From Rhodocyclaceae bacterium (GTDB lineage Bacteria > Pseudomonadota > Gammaproteobacteria > Burkholderiales > Rhodocyclaceae), in the NCBI GenBank assembly GCA_047600765.1, contig JASGKF010000002.1, positions 1,226,344-1,290,343 on the forward strand: a DNA stretch of 64,000 nt, read 5' to 3'. This document shows positions 17,723-27,800 of the stretch, in pieces; position 1 is the first letter of the stretch; every line of letters starts with the position of its first letter. The translations under genes and the position numbers were made by a program. A model generated the notes under the pieces. It had not been told where the DNA came from and searched no databases. It was given only the letters and a program-made list of their open reading frames with translations.

Positions 17723-18949
17723 ATGAAGCCGTCGTTGCTCTACCTCGTTCACCGCATCCCGTTTCCGCCCAACAAGGGTGACAAGCTGCGCTCGTTCAAC
17801 CTGCTCAAGTTTCTTGCGCAGCATTACGAGGTGCACCTGGGTTGCTTCGTCGACTACGCGGAAGACATGCAGCACGTGTCGGCACTCAACGAGTTCTGCG
17901 CGTCCGTCCACGTCGAGCAGATCCAGCCGGCTGTGGGCAAGCTGCTGTCGATGCGGGGGCTGCTGACGGGCGAGGCGCTGACCCTGCCGTACTACCGCAG
18001 TGCCAGCATGGCGAAGTGGGTGCGCGACATCGTGACGCAGCGGCAGATCCGCGAAGCCGTGGTGTTCTGCTCGTCGATGGCGCAGTACACCCAGGCCCTG
18101 CCGGACCTGCATTGCGTCGTTGATTTCGTCGATGTCGATTCGGCCAAGTGGACGCGTTATGCGCAAGAGCGCAGCGGTCCGATGGCCTGGTTGTATCGCC
18201 GCGAGGGGGCCCGGTTGGCCGACTTCGAGCGCGATGTGGCGCGCCAGTGTGCTGCCAGCGTGCTGGTGTCGGAGGCCGAGGCGGCGCTGTTCCGTGAGGT
18301 GGCGCCCGAGTCGACGGCGCGCATCCATGCGATTTCAAACGGCGTGAATGCCGAGCTGTACGCGCCGTCCAGTGCGCTGGTCTCGCCCTACGAGCAGGGC
18401 GAGCTTCCAGTCGTCTTCACCGGTGCGATGGACTACTGGCCCAACATCGATGCGGTCTGCGCCTTTGCCGATGAAGTGTGGCCGGCCATCGCGGAGCGCT
18501 GGCCGAGCGCGCGCTTCTGCGTGGTCGGCATGAATCCTTCAGACGCGGTGAAGGCGCTTGCCACGCGCGAGCGCATCACGGTGACCGGCACCGTGCCGGA
18601 CGTACGCCCTTGGCTGCAGCATGCGCGCGTGGTGGTGGCCCCTTTGCGGATTGCCCGCGGCGTGCAGAACAAGATTCTCGAAGCCATGGCCATGGCGCGG
18701 CCTGTCGTGGCTTCGGCCACCTGCGCCGTCGGCGTGGGGGCGGAGCGGGGCAGCGAATTCCTCGTCGCCGAGTCGACGCAGGACTGGCTGGATGCCGTGG
18801 GCGGATTGCTGGGCGATGCGCCGGCTGCCGATGTCATCGGACAACGGGCGAGGGCGCGGATCCTGGCGGATTTCAGCTGGGAGGCGCATCTCAAGGCCTT
18901 CCTCAAGCTGCTGGCAAAAAATGACGCGGAAGCGGGAGTGACGGCATGA
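17723..18949 (+). CDS. GT4 glycosyltransferase, XrtA system (TIGR03087-like)
   Basis: HRIPFPPNKGDKLRS, VFTGAMDYWPN, RGVQNKILEAMAM. Confidence 0.9.
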   Translation: MKPSLLYLVHRIPFPPNKGDKLRSFNLLKFLAQHYEVHLGCFVDYAEDMQHVSALNEFCASVHVEQIQPAVGKLLSMRGLLTGEALTLPYYRSASMAKWVRDIVTQRQIREAVVFCSSMAQYTQALPDLHCVVDFVDVDSAKWTRYAQERSGPMAWLYRREGARLADFERDVARQCAASVLVSEAEAALFREVAPESTARIHAISNGVNAELYAPSSALVSPYEQGELPVVFTGAMDYWPNIDAVCAFADEVWPAIAERWPSARFCVVGMNPSDAVKALATRERITVTGTVPDVRPWLQHARVVVAPLRIARGVQNKILEAMAMARPVVASATCAVGVGAERGSEFLVAESTQDWLDAVGGLLGDAPAADVIGQRARARILADFSWEAHLKAFLKLLAKNDAEAGVTA

Positions 18950-20478
18950 GTGCCACCTGGGTATCGGGGCGGAGCTTGCAACCACGGGTCGCCATCGCGG
19001 CGGCCGTTGCGATGGTTGCCATCATCCTGTTGGTGTTCCACGAAACGGCGCTCGGCGTGTTCCGTATCTGGATGCGCTCGGACACTTTCAATCACTGCCT
19101 GTTGGTGGTGCCGGTCAGCATTTGGCTGATGTGGGAGCGTCGGCGCGATCTGGTCTCGGCGGGTTTCCAGCCGGCCTTGTTCCCGCTGTTGCCTCTCGCC
19201 GGGGCGGCCTTGCTGTGGGTGTTCGGCGAGGCAATCAGTGCGGCTGTCGTATCGCATGCCGCGCTGGTGTTCATGGTGATTGCCGCCATATGGACCTGCT
19301 GGGGCCATCGTGCGAGCTGGCAGGTGCTGTTCCCGCTGTTTTTCCTGGTATTCGGCATCCCCTTTGGCGATTTCCTCGTGCCGATGCTGATGCATTACAC
19401 GGCTGAGTTCACGGTGGCGCTGTTGCGGCTGACGGGCATTCCCGTCTATCAGGAAGGGCAGAATTTCGTCATTCCGAGCGGCCGCTGGTCTGTCGTGGAG
19501 GCCTGCAGCGGCATCCGTTACCTGATCGCTTCGGTGATGGTGGGCGTGCTGTTCGCCTACCTCAATTACCGCAGCCTGACGCGTCGCCTGCTGTTCGTGG
19601 TGGCGTCGTTCGTAGTGCCTTTGCTGGCGAACTGGCTGCGTGCCTACATCATCGTGATGATGGGGCACCTGTCCGGCAACAGTCTGGCCGTGGGCGCCGA
19701 TCACCTGATCTATGGCTGGGTGTTCTTCGGCATCGTCATCGGCCTGCTGTTCTGGGTCGGCAATTTCTGGCGTGAAGACCATCTGCCGCAGGTGCGTCAG
19801 CGAGACTGGCACTGGCGCAGTGCCGGCCGGGTGGCGGTGCCGGCTGTCGTGGTGCTGGGGCTTGCTCTCGTGACGGTGGCAGTGCCGCGTCCCTTGCTGG
19901 GCTGGCTGATGGATGTGCCCGGGGCGGCGGACTATCGTATTCCTGCGGTCACCGTGTCGGGCTGGACTTCCGCTGTGCGTTCGGCGAAGGAGTGGAAGGC
20001 GAGTTTCCGCGGGTCGCGTGTCGAAGACGTGCAGACCTTCGCCAAGGGGCGCGACAAGGTGTCGGTGCAGCTGGCCTACTATGCGCGCCAGACCGAAGGA
20101 CGCGAGCTGGTGCAGTACGACAACTACCTCGTGCAGACCGATGATCCCTTGTGGCACCCGATGAACCGCAAGACGGTGACGGTGGCGCAGGGTGACCGCA
20201 CGCTGACATTCGAACGCGTCGAGCTGGCCGGTGCGGGTGGGCACCTTGTCGTGTTGCGCAGCTACTGGTTGGGCGAGAGTGTTACGCCGTCGGACAAGCT
20301 GGCCAAGCTGGATCTGCTGAAGGCTCGATTACTGCGCAGGCCGGATGATTCCGCCGGCGTTCTGCTGTGGACTTCGGTGGATAATTCGCCCGCGGATGCC
20401 GAGCAGAGGCTCGTCGCCTTCGCTACTGATAACTGGTCCGCCATCGAGGCTGCGCTGCTGCGCACGCCGCTCAAGTAG
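18946..20478 (+). CDS. xrtA: Exosortase A with C-terminal EpsI-like domain
   Basis: Multi-TM N-part with VVEACSGIRYL (catalytic Cys), NWLRAY (Arg) and DHLIYGW (His); periplasmic C-terminal domain. Confidence 0.95.
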   Translation: MSATWVSGRSLQPRVAIAAAVAMVAIILLVFHETALGVFRIWMRSDTFNHCLLVVPVSIWLMWERRRDLVSAGFQPALFPLLPLAGAALLWVFGEAISAAVVSHAALVFMVIAAIWTCWGHRASWQVLFPLFFLVFGIPFGDFLVPMLMHYTAEFTVALLRLTGIPVYQEGQNFVIPSGRWSVVEACSGIRYLIASVMVGVLFAYLNYRSLTRRLLFVVASFVVPLLANWLRAYIIVMMGHLSGNSLAVGADHLIYGWVFFGIVIGLLFWVGNFWREDHLPQVRQRDWHWRSAGRVAVPAVVVLGLALVTVAVPRPLLGWLMDVPGAADYRIPAVTVSGWTSAVRSAKEWKASFRGSRVEDVQTFAKGRDKVSVQLAYYARQTEGRELVQYDNYLVQTDDPLWHPMNRKTVTVAQGDRTLTFERVELAGAGGHLVVLRSYWLGESVTPSDKLAKLDLLKARLLRRPDDSAGVLLWTSVDNSPADAEQRLVAFATDNWSAIEAALLRTPLK

Positions 20479-20489
20479 AAGAATTCATC

Positions 20490-22376
20490 ATGTGTGGCAT
20501 TGCCGGACTATTCGATCTGAAGGGACGCCGCGATCCCGACCGTGCGCTGATCGAGCGCATGAACGACATCCAGTTCCATCGGGGCCCCGATGAAGCGGGC
20601 CTGCACCTGGAGCCCGGCGTCGCGCTGGCGCACCGTCGCCTGTCCATCATCGACCTGGCTAGCGGGCAGCAGCCGCTGTTCAATGCTGACCGTTCGGTCG
20701 TCGTCGTCTTCAATGGCGAGATCTACAACTACCAGGAACTGATGGCCGAGCTGCAGGCGCTGGGTTACCAGTTCCGCACACGCAGCGACACCGAGGTCAT
20801 CGTGCATGGCTGGGCAGCCTGGGGCGAGGCTTGTGTCGAGCGCTTCCGCGGCATGTTCGCATTCGCGTTGTGGGATCGCAATCGCGAGACGGTCTTCATG
20901 GCGCGCGACCGGTTGGGTGTGAAACCGATGTTCTACGCCGAGCTGGCCGATGGCTGGCTGGCCTTCGGTTCTGAACTCAAGACGCTGACGCAATGCGCGG
21001 GGCTGGATCGCCGCCTCGATCCGCACGCGGTCGAAGAGTATTTCGCGCTGGGTTACGTGGCTGACCCGCGCAGCATCTACTGCGGTGCGAAGAAGCTGCC
21101 GGCCGCGCACACGCTCTGCTGGCGTCGCGGCGAATCTCTGCCGCAACCGAAGCGTTACTGGGATCTGCATTTCCAGTCCAACCACAGCATCGGCCTGACC
21201 GAAGCGATGGAAGAGCTGGATGCGCGTCTGGCCGAGTCGATCCGCCTGCGCATGATTGCCGAGGTGCCGCTGGGCGCCTTCCTGTCGGGCGGCGTGGATT
21301 CCAGCGTAGTGGTTGCGCACATGGCACGGCAGTCGTCGGCGCCGGTCAATACCTGCTCCATCGCGTTCGACGATCCGGCCTTCAACGAATCCGCCTTCGC
21401 ACAGCAGGTGGCGGACCGCTACAAGACCAATCACTTCGTCGAGACCGTGACGAGTGACGACTACGACCTCATCGATACGCTGGCTGCGCTCTACGACGAG
21501 CCTTATGCGGACAGCTCGGCGATACCGACCTACCGTGTCTGCCAGCTGGCGCGCAAGCACGTCACCGTGGCTTTGTCCGGCGATGGCGGCGATGAATTCT
21601 TCGGCGGTTACCGCCGCTACCGCCTGCACATGATGGAAGAGCGTGCGCGCGGCATGTTGCCGTTGTGGTTGCGTCGCCCGATGTTCGGCGCAATGGCGCG
21701 GCTTTACCCGAAGGCCGACTGGGCGCCGCGCATGTTCCGCGCCAAGACGACCTTCCAAGGCATTGCGCGTGATTCCGTATCCGCCTATTTCCACAGCATG
21801 TCGGTGCTGCGCGATGACGAACGCAGTGCGCTCTACAGCGACAAGCTGCGTGCCCAGCTTGGTGGTTACCACGCGCAGGAAGCCTTCAACGTGCATGCCG
21901 CACGTGCGCAGACCGATGACCCGCTGGCCTTGATCCAGTACATCGATATCAATACCTGGCTGGTGGGCGACATCAACACCAAGGTGGACCGTGCCTCGAT
22001 GGCCCATGCGCTGGAAGTACGCGAACCGCTGATGGACCACAAGCTCGTCGAATGGGCTGCGACCTTGCCACAGAGCCTGCGCATCAAGGGGCAGGAGGGC
22101 AAGTACCTGCTCAAGCGCGCGGCCGAACCCCTGCTGCCACACGACATCCTGTATCGCCCGAAGATGGGTTTCTCAGTGCCGCTGGCGCGCTGGTTCCGCG
22201 GCCCGCTGAAGGAGCGCGTGCGCTCGGCGCTGACCGGCGAGCGATTGCTCGATACCGGGTTCTTCGACCACAAGAACTTGCGCAGCATGCTCGAAGCGCA
22301 TGAGTCGGGCTTGCGTGACTTCAGCGCGCCGATCTGGTCGCTGGTGATGTTCGACGCCTTCCTGGGGCTGCAGTGA
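20490..22376 (+). CDS. XrtA-system asparagine synthase-like amidotransferase
   Basis: Ntn N-terminus MCGIAG, HRGPDE, AHRRLSIIDL, LSGGVDSS, LSGDGGDE, KVDRASMAHALEVR. Confidence 0.93.
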   Translation: MCGIAGLFDLKGRRDPDRALIERMNDIQFHRGPDEAGLHLEPGVALAHRRLSIIDLASGQQPLFNADRSVVVVFNGEIYNYQELMAELQALGYQFRTRSDTEVIVHGWAAWGEACVERFRGMFAFALWDRNRETVFMARDRLGVKPMFYAELADGWLAFGSELKTLTQCAGLDRRLDPHAVEEYFALGYVADPRSIYCGAKKLPAAHTLCWRRGESLPQPKRYWDLHFQSNHSIGLTEAMEELDARLAESIRLRMIAEVPLGAFLSGGVDSSVVVAHMARQSSAPVNTCSIAFDDPAFNESAFAQQVADRYKTNHFVETVTSDDYDLIDTLAALYDEPYADSSAIPTYRVCQLARKHVTVALSGDGGDEFFGGYRRYRLHMMEERARGMLPLWLRRPMFGAMARLYPKADWAPRMFRAKTTFQGIARDSVSAYFHSMSVLRDDERSALYSDKLRAQLGGYHAQEAFNVHAARAQTDDPLALIQYIDINTWLVGDINTKVDRASMAHALEVREPLMDHKLVEWAATLPQSLRIKGQEGKYLLKRAAEPLLPHDILYRPKMGFSVPLARWFRGPLKERVRSALTGERLLDTGFFDHKNLRSMLEAHESGLRDFSAPIWSLVMFDAFLGLQ

Positions 22377-23518
22377 GCGCTGGGCAGGACAGGAAGCTGG
22401 TGGCCCATGTGGTCTACAGCTTCAAGGCCGGTGGGCTCGAGAACGTCATCGTCCAGCTCATCAACCGCCTGCCGGCCGATCGTTTCCGCCATGTCGTTAT
22501 CGCGCTGACCGAGTGCAGCGAAGAGTTTGCGCAACGTGTGACGGTGCCCGGTGTCGAGTTCATCTCGCTGCACAAGCCGCCGGGGCAGATCTTCCGGCTC
22601 TACCCGCGCCTGTGGCGTCTGCTGCGCCAGCTGCGGCCGGCCGTTTTGCACACCTGCAATCTTGCTGCGCTGGAGGTGACGCCCGTGGCTTGGGTCGCTG
22701 GCGTGCCGTTGCGCGTGCATGCCGAGCATGGCTGGATCGTGGCCGACCCGGACGGCAGCAATCCACGTTTCCGTTTGCTGCGACGGGTGTTCAAGCCTTT
22801 CGTCTCGCATTTCATCGCCGTGTCGCGCCAGCTCAGCGATTACCTGACCGGGCCTATCGGCGTGGCGCCGGGCAAGGTCAGCTTGCTGGCCAATGGCGTC
22901 GATACCGAGGCTTTCCGTCCGCGTGCCGACAACGAGGCTTTGCCAGCAAGCTGGCCCTTTGGTCGTGAGCATTGGGTACTCGGCACCGTGGGGCGTCTCG
23001 ACCCGGTCAAGAACCAGAAACTCCTGCTCGACGCGCTGGCGCTGATCCGCAGCAGCGACACGGAGCTGGCCGCGCGGTTGCGTCTGGTCATCGTGGGTGA
23101 GGGCGGCGAGCGCGTTGCGCTGGAAGCCCACATTGCCGAGCTGGGTCTGCAGGACGCCGTCTGGCTGCCGGGCAGCCGTTCGGACGTTGCCCAACTGTTG
23201 CGCACCATGGATTGTTTTGTGCTGCCTTCGATCGCCGAAGGCACGTCCTGCACGCTGCAGGAAGCCATGGCGAGCGGACTGCCAATTATTGCCACTTCGG
23301 TAGGCGGCAATCCTGATCTACTGGCGCCCGACGCCTGCGGGCTGCTGGTGCCTTCGGGCGATGCGGCGGCGCTGGCGGCGGCCGTGCAGCAGGTGTTTGC
23401 GGGGCAGGGCGAGGCGGCGGGCATGCCCGCGAGGGCACGTCAATCTGCGCTCAGCCGTCACTCGCTTGCTGGCATGATTGCGGCCTACGAAAAGCTGTTC
23501 GACCGCGCTGGGCATTGA
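22373..23518 (+). CDS. GT4 glycosyltransferase, XrtA system (TIGR03088-like)
   Basis: GGLENVIVQLIN, HAEHGW, VGRLDPVKNQ, LPSIAEGTSCTLQEAMASGLP. Confidence 0.9.
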   Translation: MSAGQDRKLVAHVVYSFKAGGLENVIVQLINRLPADRFRHVVIALTECSEEFAQRVTVPGVEFISLHKPPGQIFRLYPRLWRLLRQLRPAVLHTCNLAALEVTPVAWVAGVPLRVHAEHGWIVADPDGSNPRFRLLRRVFKPFVSHFIAVSRQLSDYLTGPIGVAPGKVSLLANGVDTEAFRPRADNEALPASWPFGREHWVLGTVGRLDPVKNQKLLLDALALIRSSDTELAARLRLVIVGEGGERVALEAHIAELGLQDAVWLPGSRSDVAQLLRTMDCFVLPSIAEGTSCTLQEAMASGLPIIATSVGGNPDLLAPDACGLLVPSGDAAALAAAVQQVFAGQGEAAGMPARARQSALSRHSLAGMIAAYEKLFDRAGH

Positions 23519-23549
23519 GCTCCGCGCTCGCTCCCCAACAAATTCTGCA

Positions 23550-25235
23550 ATGACCGTGTCCCCTGTTCCTGTCGACAAATTGCCGACGGCTGCGCCATCT
23601 GCTGCCGGGCGCTGGCCTGCGTGGTTGGAGGCGCTGCTCGTGGCGCTGGCGGGTGCGCTGTTTTTCCGCCTGCTGCTGTCCGACCTGATGGTCGATGACG
23701 CGCCGGCATACGTCGAAGCGCTGCACGCCAACCGTTTCGTATGGGACGTGGCTCACCTGTGGGTGCAGCCGCTGGCCCTGATTGCCTTCCGTCTCCTGAG
23801 CCCCGCGCTGAATGCCGTCCAGTTGCTTGAGGCGATGAACGTCACCGCCTGCGCACTGGCCATGGGCATCTTCTTCCGCACCTTGCGTCTGGCGGGTTTG
23901 TCCCTGCCGCGCGCGCTTGCCGGCGTGGCCCTGCTGGCGGTGAGTTTCAACATCGTTTCGCTGGGGCCGACGGCCCATATCAAGCTGCTGGTCTTTCCTG
24001 CACTGGCTGCGGCCCTGCACTATGCCGTGCGTTGGGAGTTGGCTTTGCAGACGGGCAGGGCTTCACTGCGCGATATCGCGATATCAGGGATGTGGTTGGG
24101 CGTCGGCGCGACGCTTCTGGTCAGCGTGCTGCCGATGGGGCCTTTCATCGCGTTGATGGCACTGTGGGCAGTGCGGCGCCAAGGAGGCTCCTGGCGTGCG
24201 GGATGGCAGGCAGGCGTGGTTTTCGGTATTGCAATGGGCATCAGCGGCCTGGTGTTCCTGTTGGCTGGATACCTTACGGCACTGGCGACGGACACGACGC
24301 ATGCCGGGCTGGTGGCTTTCGTGCGAGGCAGCGTGGCTGACAAGGATGCGATGCACGCGGGCTTCTTCGGTTTCGTCGAAGTGCCGGCTCGCATTGTGTA
24401 CAGCCTCATCTACAACTTCGTATTCCTGCCCGACATCGGTTCGTTGGGGCGCGCCGCCATGCACGGCATGGTGCATGACCTGACGCCCTATGCGCCGCGA
24501 CTGCTGCGTGATGCGCTGGTGGCAGGTGGTACCTTGCTCGCGCTGGGGACGATCCTCTGGTTCAGTGTGCGTGCCGTGATGCAACGCCGTGGTCATCTGA
24601 TGCCCTTTGGCTTCCTGCTTGGCGCTGCAGCTTTTGCGGCGTACTGGAATCTCAATGACCCCGAACACTGGTTCCAGTTCACCCTGCCCATTGTTGTGCT
24701 CATTGCACTGAACTGCCCGCATCGTGTGGCCGGCGTCTTGTTGTTCGTCTGGATGCCTGCGCTGGCAGTTGTGAACCTTGGACTGTACGGCGTGCACAGG
24801 GCGCGCTTTGACGTTGCTGCCGGCGTGCAGGACGTCAGGGAGAAAATTGGCGCACAAGGCCTCTATGTGGGTTACGCCGGTTATCCGGGTGAGCCCGATT
24901 CGAGCGTGTTGCCTGTGCCGGGCCTGCAACGTTTCAGGTTGGACACGCTCTTCTATACATCGCGTGACGCGCAGACGATCCAGGCGCAGATGACGTTGGC
25001 TATCGATACGACGCTGGCACGTGGTGGTCGCGTGTTCGTGTTCCGCGTGCTCGATGAAGGCGATTGGCGTGGCCCCATCCTTGCCTTGAGCATGAGCGGG
25101 CTGTCACGTATGGAACTGAGCCGGACACTGCGCGAGCGCTACGTTATTGCGGACGAAACCGTTGTAGGCGGTTTCCCGGCACATGAGATCATTGGCATCA
25201 AGCGGGAAGTGGCGCTGGCGCCGCGGAATCCCTGA
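23550..25235 (+). CDS. Polytopic membrane protein, possible GT-C-fold glycosyltransferase
   Basis: About 10-12 hydrophobic segments, an acidic DD motif in the first loop (MVDDAPAY) and a soluble C-terminal tail; start at ATG 23550. Confidence 0.55.
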   Translation: MTVSPVPVDKLPTAAPSAAGRWPAWLEALLVALAGALFFRLLLSDLMVDDAPAYVEALHANRFVWDVAHLWVQPLALIAFRLLSPALNAVQLLEAMNVTACALAMGIFFRTLRLAGLSLPRALAGVALLAVSFNIVSLGPTAHIKLLVFPALAAALHYAVRWELALQTGRASLRDIAISGMWLGVGATLLVSVLPMGPFIALMALWAVRRQGGSWRAGWQAGVVFGIAMGISGLVFLLAGYLTALATDTTHAGLVAFVRGSVADKDAMHAGFFGFVEVPARIVYSLIYNFVFLPDIGSLGRAAMHGMVHDLTPYAPRLLRDALVAGGTLLALGTILWFSVRAVMQRRGHLMPFGFLLGAAAFAAYWNLNDPEHWFQFTLPIVVLIALNCPHRVAGVLLFVWMPALAVVNLGLYGVHRARFDVAAGVQDVREKIGAQGLYVGYAGYPGEPDSSVLPVPGLQRFRLDTLFYTSRDAQTIQAQMTLAIDTTLARGGRVFVFRVLDEGDWRGPILALSMSGLSRMELSRTLRERYVIADETVVGGFPAHEIIGIKREVALAPRNP

Positions 25236-25255
25236 ATTTTCTGGAAGGAACGCAA

Positions 25256-26572
25256 GTGAAGATATCCGTATTCGGTCTGGGTTACGTGGGCGCCGTGTCC
25301 TGCGCATGTCTGCCCGAACTGGGCCACGAAGTGATCGGCGTCGACATCAGCCCGCAGAAGGTCAGCATGATCAACACCGGCCAGTCGCCGGTGGTTGAAG
25401 AAGGTATCAACGAGCTGATCGAAGCCGCCGTGAAGGCCGGCAAGCTGCGCGCGACTGATGATGTGGCAGCTGCCATCGCCGGCAGCGAGGTGTCGCTGAT
25501 TTCGGTGGCCACGCCTTCCAACCCCAACTACACGCCCAATCTGACGGCCGTCGATGCCGTGATCCGTTCGATTGGCGAAGCCGTGCGCAAGAAGGACACG
25601 CATCACACGGTGGTCATCCGCAGCACGGTGCAACCGGGCACGACCGAAGACCGCATCAAGCCCATTCTCGAAGAAGCGGCTGGTCGCAAGGTGGGTGATC
25701 GTCTGTCGCTGGTCTTCAACCCGGAGTTCCTGCGCGAAGGTTCGTCGGTCAAGGATTTTCACCAACCGCCGCAGACCGTCATCGGCAGTCTCGACGAGCA
25801 GGGCTATGCCGTGATGGAGAAGATGTACGACGGCCTGCCCGGCATCTTCGTGCGCACCTCCTGCAAGGTCGCCGAGTCGGTGAAGTACCTCTGCAACGTC
25901 TTCCATGCGATGAAGATCGTGTTCGCCAACGAGGCGGGCTCGGTGCTGAAGTCCTGCGGCCTCGATGGTCGCGAAGTCATGAAGATTTTCTGCCAGGACA
26001 CGCAGCTCAACATCTCGCCGGCCTACCTGCGCCCCGGTTTCGCTTTCGGCGGCTCCTGCCTGCCGAAGGAAGTGAAGGGCTTCTTCACGCTGGCGCGCGA
26101 GCACGATGTGCCGATTCCCGCGTTGTCCGCGTTGCTAGACAGCAACGAGGCGCATATCGACCGCGCTTTCAGCATGATTGCCAAGAACGGTCGCAAGAAG
26201 GTCGCGCTGTTCGGTCTGGCCTTCAAACCGGGCACTGACGACATGCGTGACTCGCCCCTCGTGGTGCTGGCCGAGCGTTTGTTGGGCAAGGGCTTCGATA
26301 TTTCGATCTACGACAACTTCGTGAAGATCAGCCGCCTGCTCGGCAAGAACAAGGAGTTCATCGAGCGCGAGATTCCGCACCTTGACCGCCTGCTGGGCGA
26401 GACGCCGGAAGCTGTGCTGGCCGATGCCGAAGTCATCGTCATCGGCCACGCCGATGCCGCTGCACGCCAGGCCATCATTGCGCATGCCGCGGGTCGTCGC
26501 ATCGTTGACCTCTCTGGCTACGCTGACATCCGCACCGCACCGGCTGCCGAGTACGAAGGCATCTGCTGGTGA
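25256..26572 (+). CDS. Nucleotide-sugar 6-dehydrogenase, AlgD (GDP-mannose dehydrogenase) type
   Basis: GLGYVGAV, NPEFLREG, KYLCNVFHA, PGFAFGGSCLPK, and a C-terminal EGICW identical to the end of Pseudomonas AlgD. Confidence 0.88.
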   Translation: MKISVFGLGYVGAVSCACLPELGHEVIGVDISPQKVSMINTGQSPVVEEGINELIEAAVKAGKLRATDDVAAAIAGSEVSLISVATPSNPNYTPNLTAVDAVIRSIGEAVRKKDTHHTVVIRSTVQPGTTEDRIKPILEEAAGRKVGDRLSLVFNPEFLREGSSVKDFHQPPQTVIGSLDEQGYAVMEKMYDGLPGIFVRTSCKVAESVKYLCNVFHAMKIVFANEAGSVLKSCGLDGREVMKIFCQDTQLNISPAYLRPGFAFGGSCLPKEVKGFFTLAREHDVPIPALSALLDSNEAHIDRAFSMIAKNGRKKVALFGLAFKPGTDDMRDSPLVVLAERLLGKGFDISIYDNFVKISRLLGKNKEFIEREIPHLDRLLGETPEAVLADAEVIVIGHADAAARQAIIAHAAGRRIVDLSGYADIRTAPAAEYEGICW

Positions 26573-27795
26573 GCAAGCCGAAGTTAGCGTTCGTCTCGCC
26601 AGTCTTTCTGTATCCCACCGATGCCGGCGGCAAGATCCGCACGACCAACATCCTGCGCGGGCTGAAGGGCGGGGCGTTCGACATTACGCTGCTGAGCCCG
26701 GCCAGCGAGTCGCAGAAGGCGCAGTGGGGTGACGCACTGGCACAGGTCAGCGACCGCTTCCTCGGTTGGCAGCCGAGTGCAGAGAGGCCGCGCTGGCAGC
26801 GCGTGTTCGATCTGTTCGGTGACTTGCCGGTCAACGTCGCCAACGACAACACGGCGGCTGCGCGCGAATGCGTTGCGCAGACGCTGGCGCGCGAGAAGTT
26901 CGATGTCGTGGTGTTCGACTTCGTGCATGCGGCCGTGCTGAAGCCGGTGCAGCTCGATGCGGCAACCGTGTGCTTTACGCACAACGTCGAAGCCGAGATC
27001 TTCGGCCGCCATGCGCAGACGGCCAGCAATCCGCTTATGCGTCGCGTGTGGGCCTCGCAGTACGCCAAGATGCAGCGCTTCGAACGTGAAGCGCTCAGTA
27101 GTTTCACGTCAGTGATCGCGGTATCGGAGCGTGATGCCGCGTTCTTCCGCAAGGATTATGCGCTGTCTGAAGTGGCTGACATCCCCACCGGCGTGGACCT
27201 CGATTTCTTCAGCTGGGCCTTGCCGCCCACCGTCGATGAGGCAAACCCGCCGACCGTGGTGTTCACGGGCTCGATGAACTGGGATGCCAACATCGATGGC
27301 GTTACGCACTTCCTCGATGATGTGTGGCCGCTGGTATTGCGTGAGATGCCGCAGGCGCGCTTCGTCGTTGTCGGCCGCAACGCACCGGCGTCCCTCATCG
27401 AGCGCGGTCAGAAACTCAGCGGCGTCAGTTTCACGGGTTTCGTCGATGACGTGCGCCCGTATGCCCACGCCGCGCATGCTTTCGTGATTCCGCTGCGTGT
27501 TGGCGGTGGTACGCGCATCAAGGCATTCGAGGCCATGGCGATGGGTTGCCCTGTCGTCTCGACGGCCATCGGCATCGAAGGTCTCGACGTGACGCCGGAC
27601 GAACACTACCTGCAGCGCGATGCGCCGCAGGACCAGGCCAATGCCGTGCTGGCATTGCTGCGTGACGCCGACCTCCGCGAACGTGTTTCGCGTCAGGCGC
27701 GCCAGTGCGTTGAAGACCGCTACGGTCATCGCGTTGCAGCTGACGTGTTCGAGAAGATCTGCCTGAGCGCGCTGGCCAAGCGTCGTAGTGCCTGA
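26569..27795 (+). CDS. GT4 glycosyltransferase
   Basis: YPTDAGGKIRT, VFTGSMNWDAN, PLRVGGGTRIKAFEAMAMG. Confidence 0.9.
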   Translation: MSKPKLAFVSPVFLYPTDAGGKIRTTNILRGLKGGAFDITLLSPASESQKAQWGDALAQVSDRFLGWQPSAERPRWQRVFDLFGDLPVNVANDNTAAARECVAQTLAREKFDVVVFDFVHAAVLKPVQLDAATVCFTHNVEAEIFGRHAQTASNPLMRRVWASQYAKMQRFEREALSSFTSVIAVSERDAAFFRKDYALSEVADIPTGVDLDFFSWALPPTVDEANPPTVVFTGSMNWDANIDGVTHFLDDVWPLVLREMPQARFVVVGRNAPASLIERGQKLSGVSFTGFVDDVRPYAHAAHAFVIPLRVGGGTRIKAFEAMAMGCPVVSTAIGIEGLDVTPDEHYLQRDAPQDQANAVLALLRDADLRERVSRQARQCVEDRYGHRVAADVFEKICLSALAKRRSA

Positions 27796-27800
27796 GCGAC

